A stretch of DNA of 64,000 nucleotides from Podarcis muralis (Eukaryota), in contig NC_135658.1 of the NCBI RefSeq assembly GCF_964188315.1, positions 42,718,001 to 42,782,000 of the forward strand, written 5' to 3'. Every line of letters begins with the position of its first letter. The first letter of the stretch is position 1. Positions 50,099-63,217 of this stretch are shown here, in pieces. The translations under genes were made by a program, and so were the position numbers. The notes beneath the pieces were generated by a model, which had not been told where the DNA came from, searched no databases, and saw only the letters and a program-made list of their open reading frames with translations.

Positions 50099-50416
50099 AA
50101 GGGGTGGCGCTGTGGGTTAAACCACAGAGCGTAGGGCTTGCCGATCAGAAGGTCAGAGGTTCGAATCCCCATGATGGGGTGAGCTCCCGTTGCTCGGTCC
50201 CAGCTCCTGCCAACCTAGCAGTTTGAAAGCACGTCAAAGTGCAAGTAGATAAATAGGTACCGCTCCAGCGGGAAGGTAAATGGCATTTCCGTGCACTGCT
50301 CTGGTTTGCCAGAAGCGGCTTAGTCATGCTGGCTCCCTCAGCCAATAAAGTGAGATGAGCGCTGCAACCCCAGAGATGTCCGTGACTGGACCTAATGGTC
50401 AGGGGTCCCTTTACCT
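50099..50416 (+). mobile_element. Sauria SINE with an internal microhomology deletion
   Basis: 13-bp TSD TATCTGTTCAGGT (50086-50098 and 50417-50429); lacks the ccacatgacccggaagctgtacgccgg segment seen in the 57307 copy. Confidence 0.9.
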
Positions 50417-51592
50417 TATCTGTTCAGGTGGCATTCTCAGCCCGCTGGCCTCAAGAGTCTTAAAGAGAAATTCGCCCTTTTCTTGAGATTCCCCTTACCT
50501 ATTTATGGTTTTATTCCTGTGATTCAGTTTCTTAAAATTTATTTATTGTAACCTGCCCAAAAACCTTTATGTTATGAGGTGGCATATGAAGGACACAAAT
50601 TAATAAACAAGCAATACAGCATTTTAAATACTGTTTGTTTTAAAGTTTGCCCTTCTTTTTCTGTTTTGCTGGTCTATTATGTTAAAGACCCACTGCCTCC
50701 TTGAGCTTGGGCCCTGATACAGATCAGGTGTTTCACCCTGACATGGTAACAAAGGAAGCTGAGTTAAACCATGGGCCCATCTAGCTTGGTATTGTCTACA
50801 CTGGCAGGCAGCAGCGCTCTGGGATTTCAAGCAGGGAATCATTCCCATCCCTCCCTGGAGGATGGCTTTCTGCATCCAAGCAGAGTATTGATCACTGAGC
50901 TACAGCCCTTCCCCAATTTGCAGCAGCAGCAGTAGGTTTTTTAAAAGCCACCAAGAGCACAGCTGTAGAGCTAATACACCTTCTAGTTCAGCCCTTTCTT
51001 TTTGATAAGAGGTAGGTAGGAGTTATTTATAGCGTGTTCCTCTCCTCTTTAGTCCACCACCTTTGAGAACTGGAATGTAGGTTTTTCTTTCTAAAAAAGA
51101 AATAACAACTGAACTGCAAGGTGTTAATCTTTGGGGATTAGTTGCTGATGGAGACTTTCCACATAAGGACCCAAGTGCTGTCACGCTTCTGTCTATATCC
51201 TGAGGGCATGGACAAAGTATTCAGCACCCTTCTGAGGATGTGAAGACAAGCATTATCCAGGATTTGATACCAATGCAAGAGAAAGGCATGCAAAAATGGC
51301 ACCAAAGGTTTTTTGTATCACACCAACACCTCCAGAGTCCACCTAGCCTTCCTTTTTAAAAATAGCACAGAGATGCTATGTTGTGTCATCTTGTCTTTGA
51401 GGAAGACGGTTAAGTATCCGGTACCAAATGAAGTCCTTTCTGAGCATCCCTGGTGTTACTAGTTTTCAGCACAGAAGTACAACGCAATGGTAAAGAGACT
51501 CTGAGTGCCTCCAGATGACTTATCTAATTGAACATTCATCCTGGGACTCAGCTATACAGCTGCAAATAAAGGGTTTTAAACGTATTGCAAAG

Positions 51593-51624
51593 TGCAATAT
51601 GCAAATGTGACACTAGATGGCAAC
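51593..51624 (+). promoter_or_regulatory. Candidate CTCF site with upstream module
   Basis: TGCAATATG-caaat-gtgACACTAGATGGCAAC versus core consensus CCACYAGRKGGCRS; overlaps octamer ATGCAAAT (51599-51606). Confidence 0.55.
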
Positions 51625-53299
51625 AGTGATCTATGCAAAATTCATTTTATTTTTCAAAACTTTTTTTTTAAAAAGCATTTTCACAGCGTTTTTTAATATG
51701 TGTGTAGATTCCACCCTGATTTGCTTGTACAAAGCTTATAGGGAGGTTAGATTATATCCTGTCTTTATTGCACATTCATTCTGATCTCTTGGCAGGGAGG
51801 TTATACGACAATCAACATGCCTCCTGGTTTGCTTGTGGGGTTTTCTGTTAATCCCATGGATCATTTGTTCATTCTGTGCTTCTCAGTGCATTACCTAGTC
51901 CCTTTGCTGTTTATTTTTTTCAGTTAGTACATCTGCTTTAGCAGAGATGTATCTTGCAAATATCCAAGTCTTGTTGGATTCCAACTCCCATCAGCCACAG
52001 CCAACCTGGTCCAAATCCAAGGATCATGGGAGTTGTAGTCAAACAACTTACAGAGGAGAACAGATTCCCCATACCTACACTATTCCCAGAATTCCTGTTA
52101 ATTACAGTGAGTGATCTGAGTTGCAGTCCACAGGCCCCTTTATAAGTATGAATTTGTCAGAGTTGAAGATATGGGAGCTGAGTCACAAAATGCAGTTGTG
52201 AAATCCAATATGTTAGATTCCTTTGCTTTTCCAGTCAATGGGGTTGCAGTCACTGTAGCCTGCATCTCCAAGTATGGGCAACACAAGACTACCACTGTAG
52301 CAGTAAAGGGCTGTGCTGCTCGCACCTTTTTTGACCCACCACACAGCCAGCAACATTCCCATGGAAAGGCCTCCTTCCATGATTCAGAGAATGTCTGGCC
52401 AGTTGTTCTGGGAAATTAATTGCTTGTGAATGGCCTGGATCCCATGTTAGGAAAACAGACCTTACAGGCTCAACTGCTTCCAAGCCCGAGAACCTTTTAT
52501 TTTTATTTTTTAAAATAAATTGCTGGAGCATGAGAGGCTTCCGTTCTTTGCTGGCATATTTTGCACTGTGCCCAGAGAAACAATCATATCAGGCTCAGGA
52601 AGGCTAGTGCCTGGAAGGGCAGGGAAACAGGAACTGCCCCCACGGATGTCCTCCCTGGAGGGAGTCAGCCACTTTTCTGGGAACAAAACATCGTGGTGAA
52701 AAAAAAGTGGACGCCAGTTTCAGCTCAAGGTTCACAGCAAGGCACCTACTTCATTCTGTCAGGACCAGGAAAACGGAGACAGCTCCAAAGCTTTCTCTTG
52801 GGAGCCAAGCTAGGATCTCACATGTGGAGTCCTGGCTGTGGCAGGGAGTTCAGGCAACTGTCATAAGGCTATATTGCAAACCCCAGAATCTGAGGAAGAA
52901 GAAGACTGAGGTGTACATCCCATAAATTTAAAGCAAATTGTTTTCTTCAAAGAATCCTCAGAACTGTAGTTTAGCCCTCACAGAGCTAGTTCTCAGCATC
53001 TTCACAAACTACAGTGTCTAGGATTCTTTGGGGCAAGTCATGGGTGTTAAATGTGCTTTAAATGCATATCACCTTTGACTAGGTGGAAACAATATGTGTT
53101 TAGCTCACAACTGCTAGCCAAGTGGGCCTTCTTTGGCTTCTTTCATTCCAATGCTATCTGGGTGAATTGAAGGGTGTAATGCTAATGGAGGTGGCAGAAA
53201 CAAATGCGAACTCAGTCAAAATGCTATCTTCAAAAATGTATCCGGAATATTTGCCCGGCTTTGCACTATGGAAGAAAAAGCATGGATCTTGGGCACTAT

Positions 53300-53303
<4 letters not shown>

Positions 53304-53361
<58 letters not shown>
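53304..53361. repeat. (TTG)n microsatellite
   Basis: Directly visible. Confidence 0.95.
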
Positions 53362-54012
53362 GACATAGCCTTTCCTATGCTGCAGGCCATTTGGTTCACT
53401 TGGGATCTACCACTAGAAGAACACTTTACATTTTTAATGCTATAATTTAAATTCCTGATCAATTCATTCATTCCGTTTTCAAACCACCCGTCGTGAGTGA
53501 AGATCCCAGGGTGCACTCGAAGGAAACCACAAATGGACGTCATCAAAACTCTAAACAGTCATTCAAACCAGCAATATTCTCATCATCCAATCACTGCATC
53601 CTTACAGCAGCAGGCATAATGAGAGGACATGACCTGGAACACATCAATATTACCTGGGTGGAAAGTTGCATCTTGAGTTGATGCTTGGAAGTTCAGCAAC
53701 AGGGGTGGCAACCACATCTCTAGGGCTACAGCTGGGAATTGCAGAAAGGGACAATCTCATGTCCCTGCAAAATGGGCTCCATCCAGTGGAGGAGCCACAA
53801 GAAGGGTCTGTCTGTTACCAGCTCAGACCATTGGTCCATCCAGACCTTTTGCAGTGACAGCCACATCCTTCTGCAGAGTTATGCCCTAATTCCCCAGGTG
53901 AGCTTCTTTATTAAATGCTGAGGATACCAGTAAAAAACAAAAATAAAGCATTCATTAAAATCTACTGAGTAGAAAGTTTAGGGTCAGTTCAACTGTTAAT
54001 TTACTGTGTCCA

Positions 54013-54208
54013 ATTTATTTCATTAAGTATTTTTTGCATTGCTCCAAGGTAGCATATATGGTTCTCCCTCTCCCCATTTTAATCCTCAATAGAACCCTGT
54101 GAGGGACATTAGGCTGAGTAACGGTGACTGGCCCAAGGTCACCCAGTAAGCACTTGAACCCTGGTTTCCCAGGTCTTAGTCCTGCCCTCTAACCACTACA
54201 TCACACTG
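54013..54208 (-). mobile_element. tRNA-derived SINE (Squam3/MIR-like)
   Basis: gactggcccaaggtcacccag...ctctaaccactacatcacactg. Confidence 0.7.
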
Positions 54209-54592
54209 TTCTGTATTCACAAGAATGTACTTGTGAGATCACGGCTCTAGAGGAGAGAGATCATAAAACAGTGCATTGAAATGCATGTAAGTGTTTATGT
54301 TTGCTTTGGAACAGAAAAAAAACCACACCGTTCAAGAAAGTTCGCCATTCACCTCACTAAAAAGCTACAATCACACAACGGAATTCAGTCCACAGTAAAT
54401 GGTGGGGGGAAAGCACCAATAATACTGTGTATGTGGGGATTATTGCTTGTTATTATGGTATGCATTTTCTGCTTTTATATTGTAAACTACCCTGTAATCT
54501 TGGGTGAAATCTAAATCTTCATCACCGCCACTGCATGAATCCTTAGGATACTCCTCATAGGAAAGAAGAAGGTAGTTTAATAACCACCTAAA

Positions 54593-55027
54593 CTAGGAAA
54601 TAGCATAAGGATGGAAGAACGAGGAAATCCCAATGAAAGAACAGTGGCAAGAAAAATTGATGAGCTATGCAGAACTGGCTAAATTGACATATAAATTGCG
54701 GGACAAGGACAACTGTGACTTTAAGGAAGAATGGGAGCTTTTTACAAATTATCTAAAAAGACAATAAAATGAACTGGACTCCTTGGCAGGTTTTGAGTAA
54801 ACATACACAAATTTATTGGTCGATAACAGGGTAGATAGATAATGTAAGGATATGTATAATTTCATAACATGCAGAGAACAATATGTGCTGAGAAATCAGA
54901 GAGAGGAGCTGAGGAAAGTCTCTGGGGAGAGGAGAGAGGGTTTGAAGGGGAGATGAGAAAAAATGGGGGAAATAATGAATATGATATGTTTTGATAGTTT
55001 GTATGTTGATAATTTTTTTTATTAAAA
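54593..55027 (+). mobile_element. Short 5'-truncated L1-like insertion
   Basis: EQWQEKLMSYAELAKLTYKLR resembles the L1 ORF2 C-terminus at 7177-7330; 14-bp TSD AATAACCACCTAAA (54579-54592 and 55028-55041). Confidence 0.75.
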
Positions 55028-57306
55028 AATAACCACCTAAATTAGGACAAAGGGAATAGGCTCAGGTTACATCCTAAAGTTACTATCAATCCTAAATAAA
55101 CCATATTCATGTGCGAATACAGCACCCCCTTGTGGAATTAACCAAAGGCCTGCAGTCAAACAGCTAGCGATTTCAAAGCAGTATGCAGTCCGTTATCTCT
55201 ACTTTCTCTTCCTCAGGTTCCTTTTCATGGTCAAAGTCATCCCTTTAGTGTTCTTCTTTCCCCCTCATTTTGGTGGACAATGCTCAAGTGCCAACCCTCC
55301 TTTCCTAAGCGTCCCTGGTTGCTCCCCCTGGCCAGCAGCCCTTTCAGACCCATTCCCCTTTCTTCCTATCCCAAACGCCTTCCCTAGGCCCTCTGATATG
55401 GCCTGCCCTAATCCTAGACTGCATACACACCATACATTTAAAACAAATGTTCACCCACCCTCCCGGCAAATCCTGAGAATTATAGTTTACTTCTCACATT
55501 CCCAGCACCCTTAAAAACCTTCAGTTCCTAGGATTTTGGGGCATGTGTATGTGTACGTGCCTAAAATGTATGGGGCTGACATTAACTCACTTTTACTCAT
55601 GAGTATACCCATTGAAATTAATGGACCTACGTTATGGCTATTCCTTTCAATGGATCTACTCTGAGGAAAAGGAAAAGTTAGTTGAATATACTGCATGGTA
55701 GGTATCCAGGCAGCTCTAGAGATCAGGGTAGTTCAGGCAATGGGAACCACAAATCATTTCTGAGGATAAGAGCAGCTGAGCCAATGGCTGCCACAGAATG
55801 AATCACCATTACCTTCACCGCAAAACCCTTTAGCGATTTACAATACAGATAATTTGCAAAATAAAACAAAAGAAAACAAAAATGATACTCTCTAGCCTTA
55901 GCCAGGATCCAAAGGGAGAAACACGGATACACAGTATATACAAAGAAAAATATTTTATTGGTGTGACTAGTTTTAAAGGAACTTTAAAAGTGCATAAATC
56001 TTACGAAGTTCTCCTTCAGGAACGCGTGTCCATGGTTAAAATAACATAAGATGGATAGCTAATATAAACTGATATAAACTCAGTTATAACAAGCGTCGAG
56101 AAAAAGCCGATATCTCGATAAGAGGAAACCTTAGCCGAATTGTTCAGGCGATGGCACAAGGCTTAAGCTGTTGAGTGTTTTTGTGAACAAACTACAAAAC
56201 CATACTGAGTCAGGCGAACCCTTAAAAAGTTAAGCACAATTTGTGCTACTTCATTTGAGTACAAGAGGAGGCTCTGCCCCCCCTCCAAGTAGGTTGCCAT
56301 GTCGTTGTGACTTGCATTTTACCTCCATTATATTAAAAATCACCCAGCTTTTTACAAAATGTTTTGCTTGGTCTCGATCTGTAAGGAACATCTGGCCCTC
56401 CAGATGTGGACTCCAACTCCCATCAGCACCAAGCTGGACAGAGATGATGGTAGTTATCATCCAACACCTGTAGGGTCCTTGGTCTGGATCCTAATAGCGG
56501 GGTAATCTTAGTTGTGGCTTCTAGAGCCATTGTGATCTGGTAGCTGCAGCAAGGACCAAGGAGCAGAGATGGTGGGGTGTGTGGGTACAGCTGAATTTCA
56601 TTGATTCATTTGAACTAACCAGTTCAGTTTACAGCCACACACACCTACGACACTCAATGTTGGAAGGTCCTCTGAAAACGTGCACAGCCATATGGAGAAG
56701 TCAAGAGGTACGGGTAACATTCGATATTCGTCTGCTGTAGTCCTTACACTAACTTTGTTAAAGTGACTTAGAAACTCAGGATTTCCAACCATATGAGCCA
56801 ACTGGGGTTTTCTAGTAATGTAGCACAGTTTTTCTTGCAGGGGACTCCTCAGTGTCTAGCCTTAGTGTTTAGTGGATGGCCTGTAGGTTTGCTATGTTCA
56901 GCACATTAGCAGGAAACATGAAAGCTGATTTTGAGCTAAGCAGATCAAGAGATGATAACTTTGTTGCAGGGGTCGTTCAGTCCCACAATCTGCAGCTGTG
57001 TCCTATCTATCTGACAGGAACGCGCCCTCATGCATGAACTGCTCTGCTCAACAAAAGGGCCCTGCCTTACCCTGACACCATTGTGTAGGAAATCCCCTTG
57101 AAACAAAAAACTCGTTCTCCTCTCTGCTGTTCCATGCACTGGACTCCAAGGAAAGGTCTGGGTTGCAAAGGCAGCTTGATTTCTCTGTGTTGCTGCAAGG
57201 AAAAGTGTGATGCTTTATTTCCAAAATGAGTGGTGGCCGAGGTTCAAGTTGACGTGGAACAGCTTCCATAGGTTACTAGATTTGTCTTCTTTTACATACA
57301 TACATA

Positions 57307-57653
57307 GGGACGCGGGTGGTGCTGTGGTCTAAACCACAGAGCCTAGGGCTTGCCGATCAGAAGGTGGGCGGTTCAAATCCCCGCGATGGGGTGAGCTCCC
57401 GCTGCTTGGTCCCTGCTCCTGCCAACCTAGCAGTTTGAAAGCACGTCAAAGTGCAAGTAGATAAATAGGTACCGCTCCGGCGGGAAGCTAACAGTGTTTC
57501 CGTGCACTGCTCTGGTTCGCCAGAAGCAGCTTAGTCATGCTGGCCACATGACCCGGAAGCTGTACGCCGGCTCCCTCGGCCAGTAAAGTGAGATAAGCGC
57601 TGCAACCCCAGAGTCGGTCACGAATGGACCGAATGGTCAGGGGTCCCTTTACC

Positions 57654-57657
<4 letters not shown>
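57307..57657 (+). mobile_element. Sauria SINE, full length, flanked by (TACA)n
   Basis: gggacgcgggtggtgctgtggtc head, ggggtccctttaccttt tail; TACATACATAC at both ends. Confidence 0.9.
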
Positions 57658-57685
<28 letters not shown>

Positions 57686-57739
57686 CATACATGTGTGTGT
57701 GTATGTATGTATATATATATCTGCATGTACACACACACA

Positions 57740-57907
57740 CAGAGTGGTTTTTCCCCTAAAAAATGTTTAGGGGTACTCTCATTTTGACTCAAGAAAATCA
57801 CCATTTTATAGTTCAAATTGGGAAAAATAAACACAGTAAATGGACAAAAGTACGACAATTCACAAAATGTTTAGGGGTATGCATACCCCTGCGTCCCCCC
57901 AGAAAGA

Positions 57908-57914
<7 letters not shown>
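57740..57914. mobile_element. hAT MITE, sibling of 48878
   Basis: ggggtactctcattttgactcaagaaaatcac...ggacaaaagtac is the reverse complement of 48930-49020. Confidence 0.8.
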
Positions 57915-57947
<33 letters not shown>

Positions 57948-60579
57948 CTTCAGGCTGTGTGCCTCTGAGTACCTGCAGAAATCCCCCCTAGGAAAAGTTT
58001 CTTCCCCCCCCCCCCTGAACATGGGAAAAGGGTATTTCACTTGTGAAAGAAATGCAGCTTTGACTTTCCTGTCTGCTGTCAAAGTAGCCTTTGACTTACT
58101 CTTAGCCTGCCTCCTAGCTTGCCTGCCTGGGGCAGTGATGGGGCAGTTACATAGCCACAGAGGTAGCCATAGCTTAGGAAAGCAGAAAATCACTTGAACG
58201 TGAGGGGCAGCCTATGCATTGGGCTGTCTTCATTGCATGGCAGCTAGAAGATCAACACTCACAGGCGTGGGCATGCAGTCTTGCTGAATGCACCCTGCAA
58301 AAGGGTAGCAGCTACTTCTGTGCCCTTCCTGTTGAGTGGATAATGCACAGTCACTAACACACAGTGTTTTCAGCACACATGCATGAACACCATCTTCCTA
58401 TAGACATAAAAATGTAAGATTGCCATCACCCTCTGCCATTTCTGTGGCTTCCATCAGATGGCCATGCTTACTGTATTGTGAGGGATGGCAGCTAGGCAAA
58501 GAAGGAAGCAGTGCTGGTGGCTGGTGGCCTAGGTGAGCTGCTTAACACGGGGGGGGGGGGGGAGAGATGGGGCTCCATTAAATGCACCTGCAGTGAGGTT
58601 TCATCAAGGGGGTGAGATGCTTCACACAGTGGCTTAGCAAGCTGCTGTGTGAAAGCGGGTGGAGCTTGGGGCAATTTGTGAGGGGAGTGGGGAGCTATGG
58701 GTGAATAAGGTTCAAAGGGTGGTTGGTTAGGTGTGGGTGAAAGGTGGTGGGGAAAGGTGCAGGCAGGTTTGGCAAGGGGAGCAAGCAGGGGCAACAGACC
58801 CTAATACTACAAAACAATGCAGCTGCCTCCTAGCTGGATCATACTATCAAATCCCTCCACCTAATCATGTATGTGAAAAAAAGGAAGGGGAAGAATGAGT
58901 ATGAACATGGGAATCCCGTAGCTATTTCTGCAATCATAGCTGCAGTCTAGTCCATCGGCTTTGACCCATAGTAACCACATTGAGCAGATGTGGTTTAAGA
59001 TGGGGATAACTTCCCCAGCACTCAAATGGATATTTCACTGCAGGCTAATGTTGAGCTCTGCAAACTGCACCTTGGCCTGTGCTATGCTATCAGTGCTTGT
59101 GGCGCATCCCTAGTTCACTTTGCTCCTATTCAGCACTCACAAACTTTTTTTTTTTAAATGATGTGCCCTCCCTCTCCCTTTTTGGTCTTTCCCGTCTTTT
59201 GTTCTCCATGTCACCGAATGTCATTCACTTTCTAAAGATGTCTGGCTTGGAGCTTACAGACTGCAGGGCAGCTAAAGCCCACCCATCAGTGCTGATCCAG
59301 TCACATCTGCTCAGTCGTGCGACAAGGTTGGGGCTTTTAGAGCAGGGAGAAGCTAAAGTTCACCTTTTTTGCTGCTGAACGCCAAGCAACAAGAGGAGCC
59401 CAGTTCTTCGGCGGAACCTTTCACTGTGGCAAGTTGCCTTCTTGATGGCATTGATTTATATGGATTTTCTTTTGACTTCTAGGTAGCTGATATCGCAGCA
59501 GTTGGAATGTGAGGCAGTCAGCACCCAAGGGCCAGCTTCCATGTCTTTTAAGGGGTGTCTTTCTCCCAATGTATGGTACTCAAGAGAGATGCCTATATGA
59601 ACCCTGATGTCATGGCCATTTTACCAACATACATCTATCTATATGGAGTGGTTTTTTATTGGTAAAAATAGCCATAGCACCCTGTTTCACATGTGCATCC
59701 CTCTGTATGGGTACCACATTGGCTGGGGAGGGTATAGAAAACTGAAGATGCAAAGATGTCCTGACTTGGAACAGGCAATTTGGACAGACACAAGTTGTAT
59801 TTACAAATCCCATTAACTCTTAGCAGGCCTTTTCAAACATCCTTGTTACTAAAAGGATGTTACTGAAGAACGATGTAAACAGCCTTGGCTCTTGAGTGAC
59901 CAATTTGCATTCCTGGAGACTGGATAAGCCCTAGAAGTTAGAGCTAATCTTGTCAGCATAAGATTTTTTGCAACAAAAATACTTCACAGCGTTTTGCTCA
60001 AGGTATATACAGAACACAGGAGGCAGAAAATGTGTTCAGAAATTGCATCCTATTCATTGTTGCGGAAGCTCTTAAAAGAGGAGGAAGAAGAAGGAATATT
60101 TCTGAATGCTGTGATCCTGTTACAGAGTACTTTTTGAGGTTTTATCTAAATTATCTTATAGAAAGTTTAGTGTGCCTTTATTTCCCTGTGCTACAGATGT
60201 ATGAGTTATGGTGTGTGGATATGTTGGTTAGCCAAGATGAGACACTTTGATGCCAGGTGGAATGATAACAGATTATCCCAAAAATTATGCAAAATATCAG
60301 TTGATTTATGTTAAGTTTAAATGATTCTGAAATGAAAAATTAACTTGCATTGTGAATGAGTCTTATGAGGTGGAAGCAGCTATTATAGAGAAATGCTAAA
60401 CAATATGTCTAAAGCCATAGTCATAATGCATATCAAAAAGACAGAATACTGATTGCCAAATAGAAAATAAAATCTCCCTGGGTATTCAGATCTTATCTGC
60501 TATTAAATGATGGTTTATATGCTACCCATTTGACATGGGAAAGTTCATCACAATTTTAGTAGTGGTAGTAGTAGTAGTA

Positions 60580-60592
<13 letters not shown>

Positions 60593-60646
<54 letters not shown>

Positions 60647-60785
60647 GTACCCTGGCCATCTGACTGGGTTGTCCCAACTACTCTGGGTGGCTTCCAACAA
60701 AATATAAAGGAAGACAATAAAACAGCAAACATTACAAGCTTCCTGAAACCAGGCTGCCTTCAGAGGTCTACAAAAAGTCATATGA
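60593..60785 (-). mobile_element. L2 3' end whose tail is a (TAG)n(TAA)n(TAAA)n microsatellite
   Basis: ccatctgactgggttgtccc..ctctgggtggcttccaac is the reverse complement of the 16270-16310 L2 tail. Confidence 0.65.
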
Positions 60786-61708
60786 TTATCTCTCTAAATA
60801 ATAATCTATATATATTGTGAGAAATGGAGCTGTTCTTTCAGTTAGTGGGATGTAATCCAACTTAATTTTGCTCTGAGCAGATCCGTATAATTTAATGAAC
60901 CTAAAATAGTCATGTCCATCAATTTTAGTGGGTCTGCTCTGACTATTGGATACAACGCAATGAATCTGATAAAAGGTTTAAGTGCGTATTAATATTCTTA
61001 TCCTGTGAAGCACTGTGGCTGCACACTGTGTTGTCTTTGCAAACTGATACACAGCAATACAGCTATGATTCACATAGGTTCATAAATCCCAGTGGTGATC
61101 AATAAGAAGCTCTTAGGGCCAGGTGACAGTGGCTTCCAGTCCTGGAGCAAAGTTTCCCCTTGATCATGTGCCCCATTATCACTGCCATGCCAATGCTTTC
61201 AGCAAGATCCCAACACCCTACAGATGCAGCGTGAAAAAGGTGGACTGTCTGTAACTTGTGGCATCCCATTGTAAAGTAACCCACAAGCAGGAACAATTTT
61301 GTAACCAACTTTTAGGGAAATTAGGGAATTTCAGAGCATTTTGCAATGGCAATGCATGATTTTCTACCAGCTGCTCTGGTGACCTGTTCTGTTCACTGGT
61401 ATAAGCCTAATAGGGATTTTAAAGGCAGTATCAAATGTTAGTCGTACTTAGAGTAGACCCATTCAAAGCAATGCGCTTGAGTCCGCTGATCTCAGTGGCT
61501 TTACTCTGAACAAGACTAAGTGGGCCATCACCCAGTGTGTATAACCCAGAACCACCAAAGTCAATAAAACAAATGCTGTTGACTTCAGTGGGATATGGCC
61601 TGTGCCCTAAATCAGCAAACCTCAAACAACTAAATCTGGAATTGTTGTTACCTCCTCTTCATGCAGATCATTGGGGAGATCATGGAATGTTTTAAAAGTC
61701 AGCAGGAA

Positions 61709-61860
61709 TAATAGAATCATAGAATTGTTGAGTTGGAAGGCACAACAAGGGTCATCTAAGGCAGACCCTGGCAATTCAGAATCTTTTTGCCCAACATGGG
61801 GCTTGAAACCGCAATCCTGAGATTAAGAGTTTCAGGTTTTTATTGACTGAGATATCCTGT
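61709..61860 (-). mobile_element. CR1 3' tail fragment about 85 bp upstream of the GJA8 acceptor
   Basis: taatagaatcatagaattgttgagttggaagg...gggtcatcta, homologous to 46481-46550. Confidence 0.6.
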
Positions 61861-61920
61861 CTTCTTTTGAAATGCGACATGTGCTGAATATATTAAAACC
61901 CTTCTTTATATAATGCAACT

Positions 61921-61945
61921 TAATCATTGTCTTCCTCTTAAACAG
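61921..61945 (+). promoter_or_regulatory. Splice acceptor of the GJA8 coding exon (exon begins 61946, 6 nt before ATG)
   Basis: cattgtcttcctcttaaacAG|ccagaaATG; connexin alpha genes have a non-coding exon 1 and a coding exon 2. Confidence 0.75.
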
Positions 61946-61951
61946 CCAGAA

Positions 61952-63217
61952 ATGGGTGACTGGAGTTTCTTGGGGAACATTTTAGAAGAGGTGAATGAAC
62001 AATCCACGGTCATTGGGAGAGTCTGGCTGACTGTCCTCTTCATTTTTCGGATCCTAATCCTTGGGACTGCTGCAGAATTTGTATGGGGAGACGAACAGTC
62101 AGATTTTGTGTGCAACACCCAGCAGCCAGGTTGTGAAAATGTGTGCTACGACGAGGCCTTCCCCATCTCCCACATCCGACTGTGGGTCCTGCAGATCATC
62201 TTTGTCTCCACTCCCTCGCTGGTTTATTTGGGCCATGCTGCGCATCATGTAAGGATGGAAGAGAAAAGGAAAGAGCGGGAAGAAGCAGAGAGGGCTCAGC
62301 AAGCTGCGGCACACGAAGAAAACTCACCCCTTGATCCAGACCGGAAGAGCCCTATAACCACGAGAGAAGCAAGCTCCAAGGGGACCAAAAAGTTCCACCT
62401 CGAGGGAACGCTCCTGAGAACCTATATTTGCCACATCTTTTTCAAAACCCTTTTTGAGGTGGGGTTCATAGTGGGCCAGTACTTCTTATATGGCTTCCGA
62501 ATTCTTCCGCTTTACCGCTGTGGCAGATGGCCTTGCCCCAACCTCGTGGACTGTTTTGTGTCCAGGCCTACCGAAAAGACTGTTTTCATTGTGTTTATGC
62601 TGGCTGTGGCATCAGTCTCTCTCTTCCTCAATCTTGTGGAGATCAGCCACTTAGGCTTTAAGAAGATCCTGGGTGCTTTCAGGAGGCCAGTGGAGCAAGA
62701 GCCTCAGGAGACCCCAGAGAAACCCCTTCATTCTATCGCGGTTTCGTCTATCCAGAAGGTCAAAGGCTACAAGTTGCTGGAGGAAGAGGAGAAGCCGACG
62801 TTCCACTATTTCCCTTTGACCGAAGTGGGAGTAGAAACCACCCCAGTTCCCCCCTCATTCAACGACTTTGAGGAGAAGATCAGCATGGAACGCCTGAAAG
62901 ACCTTTCCAGGGCCTTGGGGGAGCACCTGCCTTCCTACGCTCATGCGGATGAACAGGAGGAGGAGAAAGTTGAAGCAGGAGAGGAGCCGGAACAGGAAGT
63001 GGCTGAGGCGGCGGCCCAGGAACAGAGGGTGGAACTGGTGACTGAGGAAGCCCCAGAGAAAGGAGAAGATGACAAGCATATGGAGGAGGAACAAGAGCCA
63101 GAGCCGCCGGGAGAGGACTTGCCTTTACCATCCGCTGATTTTAACACTGACACAAGACCCCTCAGCAGGTTAAGCAAAGCCAGTAGTCGTGCCAGGTCAG
63201 ATGATCTGACTGTATGA
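61952..63217 (+). CDS. GJA8: Gap junction alpha-8 protein (connexin 50), 421 aa, single coding exon
   Basis: [78 protein letters not shown]; KGYKLLEEE and HYFPLTEVG motifs, Glu-rich tail, ends [20 protein letters not shown]; divergent from GJA5 as in other amniotes. Start placed at the family-conserved Met, 13 codons into the listed ORF. Confidence 0.97.
   Translation: MGDWSFLGNILEEVNEQSTVIGRVWLTVLFIFRILILGTAAEFVWGDEQSDFVCNTQQPGCENVCYDEAFPISHIRLWVLQIIFVSTPSLVYLGHAAHHVRMEEKRKEREEAERAQQAAAHEENSPLDPDRKSPITTREASSKGTKKFHLEGTLLRTYICHIFFKTLFEVGFIVGQYFLYGFRILPLYRCGRWPCPNLVDCFVSRPTEKTVFIVFMLAVASVSLFLNLVEISHLGFKKILGAFRRPVEQEPQETPEKPLHSIAVSSIQKVKGYKLLEEEEKPTFHYFPLTEVGVETTPVPPSFNDFEEKISMERLKDLSRALGEHLPSYAHADEQEEEKVEAGEEPEQEVAEAAAQEQRVELVTEEAPEKGEDDKHMEEEQEPEPPGEDLPLPSADFNTDTRPLSRLSKASSRARSDDLTV

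Noticed and set aside
61913-61951. 13-aa N-terminal extension [13 protein letters not shown] on GJA8
   Set aside because: The upstream ATG lies before the splice acceptor at 61945 (intronic); connexin N-termini begin at MGDW
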